Program-made: the position numbers and the translations under genes
The notes under the pieces: model-generated
The model's database searches: none
What the model saw: only the letters and a program-made list of their open reading frames with translations
What the model was told of the DNA's origin: nothing
Assembly: GCA_024679065.1 (NCBI GenBank)
Contig: JAGIQG010000040.1
Location: 10,292,001 to 10,356,000, forward strand
Origin: Sphyrna mokarran
Lineage: Eukaryota
DNA length: 64,000 nucleotides
Direction of reading: 5' to 3'
Shown: positions 26,429 to 39,184 of the stretch, piece by piece
Position numbering within the stretch: the first letter of the stretch is position 1
Layout: each line of letters starts with the position of its first letter

Positions 26429-28277
26429 ATTGCACAACATTTATTCTGTCATCTTGTATCCAATTACAGCGAAAAAAAAACACTTCTTCCCTTTTGTTCA
26501 AATCCTTTCACCTGCTGGTATAAAACAACTTCTATTTTCACAATGCTCTGATTGTAGAAACGTTTGTCATCGAGCCCGAGTCCTTGTGGGGAAAGCATTG
26601 ACTCTGAATCACCAGACCACACGGGCTCCCCCATCACCAGCTCAAAAAGATCACGAGAAACTAATGTGGATGCCGGAATCTGAAATACAAACACAAAATG
26701 CTGGAGAAACTCAGCAGGGCAGAAAGAATCTGTGGAAGAACGTTTCAACCTTGACTCTGTTCTCTCTCCACAGATGCTGTCTGACCTGCTACTCCAGCAC
26801 TTGCTGTTTAGCATCACCAGCTCAATGTTGCCTTGTCCACCATTCCTGGTGACAATGAACCATCCTCCCTTGCTCCCTATCACACACCTTCCTTTTCGAG
26901 AAATTTGCCTAGCGACTCCTAAGTTTAAAATTACAAAATGCAGAAAATTTTAATTTAATGTTAATGTTGGTGGCAAATCCTGAAATTTGAACAACTTCGA
27001 AATTCAAAGCATTTGGAGACGGATATTATAATCATTAAACCATGGATACACGGTGATAGTCCTACTTGAAGCAAATTCGGATTCCTGGAGGACATATTAA
27101 ACTGGCTCCACAAGCTCGATTCTTACGCACATAAATTTATATCCGCATTGCCCCCGCTGCTTCCTCCTGTTAAAATGAGCAATGACACATTCTATTCTTT
27201 TTTTTGCTGACTTGAACAATGAAATATATCCCATTAAACTTTAAAATAATTTAACATTTGGCAATGATGTGATTCGAGCATAGTCTTCCTCAGTTATTGC
27301 TGTGCTGAATTTAGTGACATAAACTTGTCATCACTGCTACCAGAGGAAGCAATTAGTGTCATATCTGGTGCTGCCCAGAAACTGATTAAATGGAGTGAGA
27401 CAAAGTCATAAATCCCGTTCAGTTTCCTCCACCATTTAACAAGATCATGGCAAATAAAGTCACCATAATCTCACTTGAACATAAGTTGTTATTTATTCAC
27501 CTGATAAGAAAAGAAAAATACTGCGGTTATTGGAAATCTGAAATAAAAAAGGCTGGATCAACTCAACAAGTCTGGAGAGAAACAGAGTTAAAGCTTCAGA
27601 TCGAAATCATCATCCTCCAGGGATCTTCACCTTATTTGTGTTACTTCAGATGAAGATGTTATGGAAAGGTAAACGGAACAGATTCAATTTGAGGACATTT
27701 CTTATTGAGCAGCTGAGAATGCTCAAGGGGTCAAATGGCCCACTTATATCCATATTTCCCATATTCTAATCAGTGCTGGCAATCACAATGGTTATGGTGA
27801 TGTGAATGTGCCATGTGGCTGGACGAGCGGAATATTTCAGCCTCTGGTGTCAGTGCTGATTCGGTCTCAGTTCCTGCCTCTGCCAAGTTTCCAACCGGTT
27901 TGCTCCTTGAGGCGTGCGTGTTTCTCCTGAGGCCTCTCTCACTCAGTGTGTGTGACAAGGTGATTCAGCTCACCGATGTGAACAAACTCATTTTTCCAAC
28001 ACAAACCTGATTCCCGTTAGTTCAGAAGTTCATGTCAAAATGTTTCTGACATCAACAATTAAGGAGAAAGATGCAAGAGGAGTTTGTAATGTTGCAACAA
28101 AGAAGAGGAAGATGCCAATGATGTTAATGATGATAGACAGGGATGCATTGTAACCTTGGCAATTTTGTAGATTGGATACTTTATATACTTTGGAATCAGA
28201 ACAACACGAGATACCAGATGGAAAATGGCATTGGTTGTTCGCATAGTTCAGAACTTGGATTAATGTTGACCAAATGT

Positions 28278-28350
28278 GCCTGGCTAGCTCAATCAGTAGA
28301 GCATGAGACTCTTAATCTTAGGGTCGTGGGTTCGAGCCCCACGTTGGGCG
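28278..28350 (+). tRNA. trnak-cuu: tRNA-Lys(CTT), D-loop variant
   Basis: GCCTGGCTAGCTCAATCAGTAGAGCATGAGACT-CTT-AATCTTAGGGTCGTGGGTTCGAGCCCCACGTTGGGCG followed by TTTT. Confidence 0.85.
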
Positions 28351-29328
28351 CGTTGTTTTAAAACTTTGCTGCTTTCTCGGGTGAGCTCCAGCTCTCCATT
28401 CCTCCGGCAGTGTCACTGGTCAAAATGAATCTTTCTCCATGCCGATTTGTTCATCCCTCAGTTCCTGGTTTCTGAATGAAAACTGCCTCCACTTCTTTGG
28501 AAGTCAGAGAGTTGAGTGCTTAATTCAGTGGGACGTTTTATGTAATCATTTAGCACCAGATTTGGACCCAGATCTGGGAAATATCTGTGTCAGTGGAAAA
28601 GATAAAATCTACCCATTATTAGTCTGGTTTTACCTTGTATCATCATCTCTATCACCAGGCTTTGCAGCCTATCACGTCCTTTTCCTGTTGCTGATTTTCT
28701 GAACATGACATTTTAATAAACCTTTTAATGTCTCTGATCAGTTATTTTGACTGTCAACAGCAGAGTCAATGACCCAGAGTGTTAAAAAAGAGAAAGTGTC
28801 TTGACTGTTTCTACTCAGTCAGAAAGTTCATTCTTCATTCTCCCCCTGATTCCCATTCCCAAAGAGTTTCTAAGGACTCACAAAGCTGGAGACTGGGTTT
28901 ATCTGGTTTGGCTCCTTCTCCATTTCCCCCATCTGCAACTGGCAATGTTTTCCAAAAACTCTTCTCAATCCCTGCCTTGCATCATGTCCAGAGATGAGGA
29001 AATTCAATTTCATTGGGAGATTATCGTTTTCGGGATTCTTCTCCTTAGCGCTAATAAGTCTAAACTGGGATTTCATGGAGTTGTTGAATAATTTTCTGTC
29101 TGGCGACAAATAGTTTGATGGAGCAGATAACGACATTTTTTTTCCTATTGACGAGAGTCAGTAAGGAGAGGACTAGGTTAAGATAGTCAAGGAAATACAT
29201 ATTTGCATTGATGCAGGGCTTTTTCTCAACAGCCCAACATAATTACCAAACCATTTTAGGCTAATCATGTTCTTCTGCAGTGCAGCATTCTTACAAAAGG
29301 AAGAAGGCGAAAAGGTCAGACCTTGTCA

Positions 29329-29400
29329 AGGGGGCACTCGGATTTGAACCGAGGACCTCTTGATCTGCAGTCAAATGCTCTACCACTGAGCTACACCCCC
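29329..29400 (-). tRNA. trnac-gca: tRNA-Cys(GCA)
   Basis: GGGGGTGTAGCTCAGTGGTAGAGCATTTGACT-GCA-GATCAAGAGGTCCTCGGTTCAAATCCGAGTGCCCCCT. Confidence 0.93.
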
Positions 29401-30079
29401 TTACCCACAAAGTGTGAAAAAATTCTTTCTCAGCGTCATACCCATGGTCATAGACTCACTCCAGCCTTCCATACAATCACAAGACATTTGGTCACCCTCC
29501 GTATTTCCCCGACTGTGTACTTGTGAGCAAACAATTAAGTGTCTAAACTCTTCTGAAGCATTCACTTTACTTCCCTTTACATATAAGCTTTTTGAACGCT
29601 GTTCTTCGAAAATGTTCGGTTTTGAGGTGGAATTTGCAGCATCTATAGTGCCTTGCTTTTGGGTCACAATGGATTATTTTCCTGCTCGCAACCTCAACTG
29701 CCTTAAAAGTGAAAGGACAGAGATGTAAAACAACAAAAACACAAGGAATGGCACCTTGTTCCACAACAAATAAAACAAAATGTGAATTAGTTTTTTTTTC
29801 ATCCATTTATGGGTCGTGAGCGTTGCTGGCCGGGTGAACATTTGCAGCTTATCTCTAATTGTCATTCAACTCACTAGCTTGTTCAGTCCATTCAGGAGAA
29901 ACTTAATAATAATCACGTTTCTGTGGATTTGGAGTCACGAGTTGGCCAGACCAGTTGAGGATGGTGGATCCCACTCTGCAGCTTTTCCAGTGCGATCACA
30001 TCTCTCCTGTAATGTGAGTTTCGAAACTGCACACAATACACCAGCTATTGCCTAATTAAAGGTTGATATAGTTAGAACA

Positions 30080-30720
30080 TTAGCAGATTCACCACTCTCT
30101 GGCTGAAAAAAAATCTTCTTCATCGCTGTTGTAAAGATTCGTTCATTTGGCCAGAGGTTCTTCCTTCTGGTTCGAGCGTTTCTTACTAGTGGAAAGATCA
30201 TCTCCACATTCAATATATCCAGGCCTTCCAGTATCACATAAATTGCAATCAGGTCCACACTCATCCTTCCAAACTCCAGATGAGTACATAACCAGAGTCC
30301 TCAACCGTTCCTCAAACGACAAAATCTTCATTGAAGAGATGATTCTTGAGAACATTCTCTGTACTTTTTCCAAGGCCAGTATGTCATTCCTTACAAAAGG
30401 GCACAAAACGTCTCACAATATTCCTATGGGGTCTGACCAGAGCCTTTTACAACATCAGAAGTACTTCCCTGCTTTTGTATTCCAGCCCTCTCGACATGAA
30501 TGCTAACCCTCCCAACCTCAAACTGAAACTGCACGTTAATATTAAGAGAATGTTGAACTAGGATTCCCAAGTCCCTTCGTTCTTCTGATTTGCTAAACAT
30601 TTCCCCAATTAGGAAATAGTCAATATCTTCATTCCTCCTTCCAAAGTGCATAACCTCACAAATCTCCTCACGGTACTTCATCTCCAACTTTTTCCCCATC
30701 TCTCCTAACCTGTCCAGACA
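30080..30720 (-). mobile_element. old CR1-like LINE fragment
   Basis: CEVMHFGRRN and ALEKVQRMFSR fragments. Confidence 0.75.
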
Positions 30721-30761
30721 GAAGTATTGAACCACAATTTTCAGGATATTACTACGTGTTG

Positions 30762-30833
30762 GGTTCCGTGGTGTAACGGTGAGCATTCTGGACTTTGAAT
30801 CCAGAGATCCGAGTTCAAATCTCGGCGGGACTT
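30762..30833 (+). tRNA. trnaq-uug: tRNA-Gln(TTG)
   Basis: GGTTCCGTGGTGTAACGGTGAGCATTCTGGACT-TTG-AATCCAGAGATCCGAGTTCAAATCTCGGCGGGACTT followed by TTTT. Confidence 0.88.
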
Positions 30834-31713
30834 CGTTTTCATATGCAGATGGTTGATTTGCTGAAGAGCGTTTCGTTTGAATTTATTACAAAGCACCAAA
30901 GGAGAGCATAATTTGTCAGCCAGTTCAACTGGTATGAGAATGCATAGTATGATAATCCTCTGGTGCTAGATGCGTGCAACGTCAGCGTTTTTCGTATTTT
31001 CGCTGCTCTTTAACTCCTCATACACCCAACACAAGCTCAGCAAAACGCAGCTAATTATTGTATACTCTTATCTTTTAGTGATTTAAAGATTTGTCTATTT
31101 TCTCATCCAGACATTACCAAATAAAATTTCATTATAATTGGACATATATCTCTTTTTCGCTGGATTTTGTATTCTTCGGTGCTCATTTTCCTTTCCCTTA
31201 AACTATCAGCTAAACAGAACATTTTACTCATCATGTGATCCGTTTCTGGAGGTGAGTTTGAAAGCAAAGGAAGAGTATATCATTTACTGCAGACGATAGA
31301 ATAACTGTGTGACTATATCTGTAGTGTCAGTGACCTGGGATGAAGCAATGGAGACCATAAAGATGGTCAATGAGATACAAATCTCAGATATCAGAGCAGA
31401 GCTGTAAAAAGCTAATGTTGTTCAGCAGATTTCCCACAAGAAGCTATAGAAGAGGCAGAGGCTACGAATCATCTTTGAATGTGGTGAACTACAGTGAAAT
31501 GTAGTGGAATAGGATGTATTATTATTCATTTTAACAAGAGGAAGCAGCAAGCGGAACGTAAATATAAATTTCTGGGATTGGGCCAGTGGGATTATTTTAT
31601 TTTTCCAGGTAGTTCAAACTGGCACCATGATCACTCCTGGAACCATGATAACATCAGGAAGGAATTCCAGCCCCTTCTAAATCTTGTGCTGGTTGGTAGC
31701 GATAAAGTCTACA

Positions 31714-31785
31714 TTCCCTGACTGGGAATTGAATCCGGGCCGTGGAGGTGAAAGCGCCGAATCCTAACCACTAGACCACCAGGGA
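31714..31785 (-). tRNA. trnae-uuc: tRNA-Glu(TTC), variant
   Basis: 72-nt Glu body; substitutions in the anticodon stem and T arm. Confidence 0.72.
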
Positions 31786-32518
31786 AGATACAAACAGCTG
31801 CCTTAATCTGACTGATACATTGTAGCGTTTTTCAAATTCTCAAGAAAAACTTTGTTGGGAAAAAAGACCCTCATGTTTAGATAGAACAGGAATGACTGTT
31901 TCAGCCAACAGCAAATTACTGCAGATGAAGAACTTAAAAAGACAACTTAAAATGCTGGAAATTCTCAACAGGCATGATGGCATCTCTGGAGAGAGAATAG
32001 AGCCAACATTTCAAATCTGTATGACCAGTCATCAAAGCTGAAGGCATGAAAAGAGAACGAGATTTACACTTTAAGTGTGGGAGATGCGGGGGTTGAGGGT
32101 GGGAACCGTGAGTAAGAGTTGACAAAGTTGTGATAGAAAAAAAATCAAACGGAATGTAAGTGGTGACGGGAAAATAAATGCCATTGATGAGAATGCTGGT
32201 TCCTGAAACAAAAACGGAGAATGCTGGAACATCGCAGCAAGTCTGACAGCATCTATGGAGAGAAAATAGAGACAACGGTGTCGAATTTGGGTGTCCCTCC
32301 GCCAGAGATCTGTAAATCCCCTGTTAATGAGGATATTGAAGGTACAGAGGGAGATATTTTTGGAACTTAAGAGAATGAAGAGCCAGCGGGATGTATTTGG
32401 AAATTGATGCTGTGTCCTCGGATTGGTCATTATCTCCTTTGGTTGTGGAGCAGACCCTGTGTCATGTCCTTCTCTATCTGTCTTTTTCCACAGTTAATAT
32501 CAGCTAAATTTTACCTCG

Positions 32519-32591
32519 AGGCTCTAACAAGAATTGAACTCGCGACCCCTGGTTTACAAGACCAGTGCTCTAACCACTGAGCTATAGAGCC
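32519..32591 (-). tRNA. trnat-ugu: tRNA-Thr(TGT)
   Basis: GGCTCTATAGCTCAGTGGTTAGAGCACTGGTCT-TGT-AAACCAGGGGTCGCGAGTTCAATTCTTGTTAGAGCCT. Confidence 0.87.
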
Positions 32592-33520
32592 AAATGCTGC
32601 CAGCTCACTCCGGGACGAGTAGTGTTATCAGTGGGCTGTGGAACAGGATAGAGTTTGAGGTTGGAGATTTTTGATGAATGTGGAAATGTCTGAGGTGGAG
32701 AGCAGGAGGTTAAAAGACACAACTTGATAGTGACATGATTTGATATGTGTGATATTCCTCTGAAGGCGGAAGGGCAGGTTCATAGGTGGTGAAAAAATAG
32801 GAGACATACTCGACTTTATCAATCGGGGTTTAGAGTGCAAAAGCAGAGAGGTGATGATGGAATTGTATTGACATTGACAACAGAATCACAAATGTTGCAT
32901 GGTCACAACATGCTGATACATGATGTAGAATAGAAGTGGAGTTGAGGCTACAGTTGTGTTAGCGGGAGAACTCAGGGTTCATTTTCCTGTCCAGTAACGG
33001 TGAAATTGATACTGACCTGCCAGCAAATAAATTTATTTAATCCATGGCCTCGTTCATTATTTTGGCATGTTTGCATCACGGGTACAGGGAAGAGACCCGT
33101 CAGAAAATTGGGGAAGTTGGAACGACACGGCAGGACGAACAGCGTTCAACGTGGAAGACTGACCTCATTTATGGAAGAAGCTCACTTATTAGAGAATTTG
33201 GCGCCTTGTTTATATGAAAAAAAACATTATAGGCACAGGAAGAAATTTCACAATACCAGGCTAAAGTCAACAGGTTTATTTGGCAGCATGAAATTTCGGA
33301 GTACCGCTCCTTCCTCACCACTCACCTGATGAATAAGACATGATAAAGATACATTTACTTTCTTATTTCTACACTTTGATGAGTGGTGATTACATTAGAG
33401 GTAATAATTCTCAGACATTGACATTAATTAAAGATGAATAATTTTTATTTTCAAGCCTGAACTGGTAAGAGGTGAAACCAATGTTTAGTTTTACTGAAGA
33501 ATTGTAACTACTAGAATGCA

Positions 33521-34431
33521 TTATTTTCTCGGAATAATTATTTTAGTAATAAGGTTCAGTGAACATTGGAGAGCATATTTCAGCTCTTCTCTGAATTTCT
33601 TCTGAATGGCTGCGTAAATAAAGGTGTTAGTGCAGGAACTAAGAAGCTGCAGCATGTTCCCGGCTTCCTGGAGAATAAATTTGGGATCACTGAAGCTTTT
33701 AATGTTATAATCGTTGGTGATTCGTACATGCAGGAACTGTATAACATACGTCATCCACAACAGGATGAAACTGCCAGAGATTGTGAAGAGTAAAATGATG
33801 GACTTTCTCCGGCTCTCCATCTCGGTGTCAGTCTGATTCTCTCTGCCTGTTTCAGTACGGAGTCTCCTCCTGGCTCGGCTGGCTGCTAGAATGTGTCTGA
33901 CGGTCAGAACATTTAACAGGAGAATCAGAAGGAAGGGAGCACACGGGGTCAATATACGGTCAAACCAGTCGTATGCTGTCCAGAACAGCGAAGTATACCG
34001 GATGTCCTTCAGTCTGCAATACCAGGGCACATTGTCAACCACGTAAATAGGCTCGTGGATAAAGTACCACGGAATATTTGTTAAACAGCCCAGCGCACAC
34101 ACTGTCCCTATCACAATCGCCGCAGTTTTCTCGGTGCAGTATTTTATTTTCAGCTTCTGGCAGCATATTGCCACAAAGCGATCAAAGGTAAACATGACTG
34201 TTAACCAGACAGAACTCACTCTGGCTGCATAAGTTAGGGCAATGCTCAGACTACAGATTGGGGTGATGGACAAGACGCTGCCTGGAAAATAAATGCCACT
34301 GATGCGATTTAATATCACAGCGGTGATAATGACCAGTAGATCTGTCACATTCATGGAGATAAGGTATCGAGTGATACATCCCGACAGACCACATTTGCCT
34401 CTTGACAGAATCACAATCGCCACTAAATTAG
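33521..34431 (-). CDS. GPR139-like class A GPCR gene C, exon 2
   Basis: Acceptor ttaatgcag|; ANLVAIVILSRGKCGLS, FTFDRFVAICC, SSCTNTFIY; open to stop. Confidence 0.92.
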
Positions 34432-36129
34432 CTGCATTAAAGAGAACGAGAATTAATTTGCACGGGAAAACCACACTAAAATAATCTCATTGACCAAAAT
34501 GTATGGACTCTTATTTTCTGCGTCTGAAGAGAATTTTTGGGACTGAAGAAAGAAAAGCTGGTTTAATAATGTGAAGATGGAAGACATCACGGATGGAAGA
34601 AGTATATTCTTAATCATCAAAATTGATTATCCGTTTCTCCAATTTCCCCCATCGTTTTCCCCTGTCACCGCACACATTTCCTAATCACATGATGAGTCAT
34701 AAAATGGGGACAATTAGAAAAACTGAACTGATCTTGCAGGAAAAAAGAACTTCTGTGCTGCAACAATTCGAATATAAACGTGAACATAGAACACACATGT
34801 TATTGTAAGAATTGGAATAAAATCACAGATAAACCCTGTATCGTATATTGGCACAGTGTGAATGCTATAATACCTGTAGAGCATGGGATTAGCATTTTCC
34901 ACAGTTTAGCTCACTTAGTTAAACTGATGCAATCTTTCTAATTTTATTCTTTCATCTGCACTGATTAGGATATAACTTATCTTTGTCAAGACATTTTGAT
35001 GGGTGATTTTTTACACTGCATCTTCGCAGCCAATTATATTTCGGGTCAATCGTTGAAGTGCCAACAGAATCCTAGCAAGAAACGAACACTCATACTCTAT
35101 GATTTCTAATGGTTTCTCTTATGTTTGCATTCTGTGTATTGTAGCTCCGCCAATTTCGCAGAATGGCAGAATTATTACAGCTCAGCACGATGCCATTTAT
35201 CACAAACACCAGCCACTCGCAGTGTAAACAGCATTTCCTTAAATCAATTTTGCTGGTTTCATGAATGCTGTTCCCTATATTGTGCGATGTTTTTGCTAGT
35301 GGAAACAACTTCTCCACAACCAATACATCCAGAACGGTTATGACATTGAAATTTATTCCCAAACATTTATGAAGCTTTACTTCAATTCCAGAACCTTTAA
35401 CTTGACGTGTTATGCACTGTTAGGACTCTAAGCAAGTTTTTTTTGGTAAACTCCATAACAAATAACTCCTATAGATATTAAAAGTGCATTACTGCGGATG
35501 CTGGAACCAGAAACCAGAAGAGAGCACACTGAAAAATTTCAGCACGTCTGGCAGCATCTGTATGACGAGAAAAGAGCTGAGGTTTCGAGTTCAGATGACA
35601 ATTTGTCAAAGCTTTTTTTTTTATCAAAACAAACTCTTTACCGATAAATATCCCCGTCTCCAGCCCCTTAGCCGCTGCTTCATTAAATCAAATGAGGTTT
35701 GTCTGGGATGACTTAACGCTTTAGGAAATCATGTTCTGAGTTAATTCACCTCTTCTGCCCCTTGCTCTGGGCATCTCCACTAAAATGAACTGTTTCTTCC
35801 CCACAGATCTTTCAAACCTTTACTAATTTTTATCAAAGCCGTTAACTAGTTCTTTGATCTTATCTATGGAATATACAACAAATGAGATTTAAGTAACCGT
35901 TCCTGAGAATTTACTATCGAAGCCTTGGTATCGTTATGGCGAATTTACGTTCCAACATTTTTGAATGCCAAGTCTATCCTTCATACGGTGACTTGGCAGA
36001 AAAAGAATATATTGCTCTGAACGGGCCCAACCAGAGTTGAATAGAATGTCAGATATCTTATATCCTTTTGTGCACAGTATCCTTGAGTTGCATTCAGTAG
36101 ACAACGAAGAATTAATTTTGATGCATTAC

Positions 36130-36199
36130 CTGGGACCGCGATGACAGCAAGTGTAGTGTAGTAAATGGCATATGGTAGGCCAGTAGGCGGAGCGTGCAT
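36130..36199 (-). CDS. GPR139-like gene C, exon 1 (326-aa intact product with exon 2)
   Basis: MHAPPTGLPYAIYYTTLAVIAVP with G|gtaat donor; phase 1 matches exon 2. Confidence 0.85.
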
Positions 36200-36729
36200 C
36201 TTCCGTGAAATAGCAATGTCTTTCTGAGAATCACTTGGGCTCTGCTCGACTTCAAAGATTACTCTTATTATATCTGATTTTATCCTCCATAGGCGCAATT
36301 AGGTAACATTACCGATAATATTACTTACACTCACTGAACAAACATCATTAATTAAACAATGAAACATGCTGGATTGTAGTCGTTGTGCAAGCACTTTAAT
36401 ATGTTTTTTTTTAGCTTCGGTGTTGATGTCATAGATTGAACACAATTACAAATATGTGATTTTAAATGAAAATGCATATATTTTAACAGAAATGACTTGC
36501 TGATTTTCACACTTAAATGCACCTTCAATCCATCAATGAAGTTGTTTCTTACTAACTGATATTCTAATTAGGCCAGCATCAATTTCATCTGTATGAAAAG
36601 CCTGGAATTGAATAATGGTATGAAAATAAAGGCGGCCTATCCACAAAAAAACTTGTGCAAATGACCATGAAAATCAAAGAAACATCAAAACGTCACCTAC
36701 AATTATGATCGCAGACTCCAGAACGTAGA

Positions 36730-37520
36730 CTCATAGAAGCATGCAATACAGAAGAGACCCTTTGGCACATTGATTTCGCATCAGCGAAAATACTTCAAAT
36801 CTAAACTAATCCCACTTTACAGCACTTGACCCATTGTCTTGAATGTTATGAAATTTCATGTGCTCATCAATGTGCTTTTCAAAGTTTGCATGCATTCGTT
36901 CCTCTCCAATCTTACCAGGCAGCTCATCCCGGGCTTTCAACTCTCTCTGTTAAAAAGAAGAATGTTTCCTTAAATACCCTCTAAACCGCCTGTATCTCAC
37001 CTGGAAATTATGTCCCTTTTCTACTGATCCTTCAACAATGGGGAACAGCATTTATCTCTCCATAAACTTCTTGACCTTATGCAATCCAATTAGGTTCCCT
37101 TTCTGCCTCCTTTGCTCGAAACAACACGATCTTATGCACCCTCACTTCATATCTGAAACTGTGTATATCAGCCACCACTCCGGTGAATTCTGTCTTCAGC
37201 CTGGCCAATTAAATCACGTACTCCTAAAATGGATCGACAAGGTCTGCACACAGGACTTCCAGCTTTTGCCTATTCAGAGTCTCATACAGTTCCAACGTAT
37301 CCTATCTGCTCATGTAATCTATTACACGATAGAGAAGTTCTGTATGCTTTCTTAACTATTATATTACTCTGTCCTGCCTTTTCAGCAATCAATGGAGAAA
37401 TATCCTAAGATAATTTTGCTCCTCTGAGCTTCCTTATGTTCTTGCATCCATCGCATTCTCTTTTGCCATGTTGCCCTTTCCAAAGTGTATAATTTAGCAC
37501 ATTACAGTTTTATGCTCCCG
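36730..37520 (-). mobile_element. old CR1-like LINE remnants
   Basis: Degenerate reverse-strand LINE 3' region. Confidence 0.45.
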
Positions 37521-38372
37521 ATCAACCGCAAACGGCTGCTCAAAGAAACATAGGAGTCTTGGAATTATATGCAAAACTCGGCAACTTCAGCCCTTCGATC
37601 ATGCCCCACCATTCAATCAGATCAAGGCTAATCTTGTCTTGTTTCAAATCCACCATCTCATCTCCTCCCCATGCCCCTCTTTCTATTTTGTTACCGGAAT
37701 TGTATCTGTCTCCCTGCCGAAACCATTCAGACTCCATCGTGCAGTGGGATAGCCAGTTACATAATCCATCAACCTTTGCGAGAAATAGTTCCTCCTCATC
37801 TCAGTATTTAATCCATGGCCTCTCAATGTATATATGTGACCTCTTTTTTCAGACTGCCCCGTCAGAGAAAACTCTACCTCGTCAATCTCATTTATAATTT
37901 GATATATTCCAGTCAGAATCTGTCATCTCTATCTTCCTGCAACCCGGATTGTTTTTTCCTTTCGCTGCTATCGACGCTGGCTTTCTTTTTTCATCACCCT
38001 TAGACTTCCTTATCATCCATCCACTTTCTCATCTGGATAGTACCAGAAAAAATATCTCATTTAGGCATGAACTCTCTCTGACAAAACCATCCTAAATATC
38101 CCTGATCAAAACTTATCTCTTCTTCAGAATGTTGTCCAATGGTTTCCTTATGAATCACTTAAGTTTCACTGGACTTCAATGCCCTCGTGGATAAATACTA
38201 CACTTTAAGGTTAGTAGAAACATATAACCATCCTACAATCATTTGTTACACTTCCTGTCTCCAGGGGGAATTACAAATTTGTGTAAAAACCATTATAATT
38301 TCTTTCCTGCCGTCCAACAGCAGCCTGGGATACAATTTCATCTGGATCTGGGAATTTGTCAACACTAAACAC

Positions 38373-39184
38373 TGGACGGAGAAGTGGCAGATGGACTTCA
38401 ATGCAAATAAAGGTGTAGTGGTCCATTTTGGCAGGAATAACGGGATGAAGGAGTACAATAAAAGGGGTAGGAGCCTTAGCTGTGTTATAGAGCAGTAGGA
38501 TCTCGGGGTCCGGGTCCATAGGACTCTTAAATCAGCCTCGCAGTGGAGGAAGTGGTCAAGAAGGCGTCCGGTGTACTGGCCTTCATTAATCGAGGAATAG
38601 AGCTTAGGAGTCAGGAGGTAATGATGCAGCTCTATAAGACTCTTGTCAGACCCCAGTTGGAGTATTGTGTGCAGTTCTGGTCGCCCCATTATAGGAAAGA
38701 TGTAAAGGCTATTGAGAGGGTTCAGAGGAGATTTACAAGGATGCTGCCTGGATTGGGAGGCAGGCCTTATGAAGATAGGTTGAGGGAGCGGGGACTCTTC
38801 TCACTGGAGAGACATAGGTTGAGAGGCGACCTGATAGAGGTTTATAAAATGTTGAGAGGAATAGATAGGGTGGACTATCAGAGACTATTTCCCCGAGCTG
38901 AAATGGTCAGTATGAGAGGACACAGATTTAAGGTGCAGGGAAGCAAATACAAAGGAGATGTCAGGGGTAGGTTTTTCACTCAGAGGTTGGTGAGTGAATG
39001 GAACCGACTGCCGTCAGAGGTTGTTGAGGCAAACTCACTGGGGTCTTTTAAGAGACTCCTGGATGAGTATATGGAAAAGAATAGGATAGGGGGTTATAGA
39101 TAGGTCTGTGGATTGGTAGATGTGATCGGCGCAACTCGTGGGCTGAAGGGCCTGTTTGTGCTGTATTTTTCTATGTTCTATGTT
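38373..39184 (+). mobile_element. 5'-truncated CR1-like LINE
   Basis: 186-aa ORF with LEYCVQFWSPHYRKDVKAIERVQRRFTR; tgttcta tail. Confidence 0.9.
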
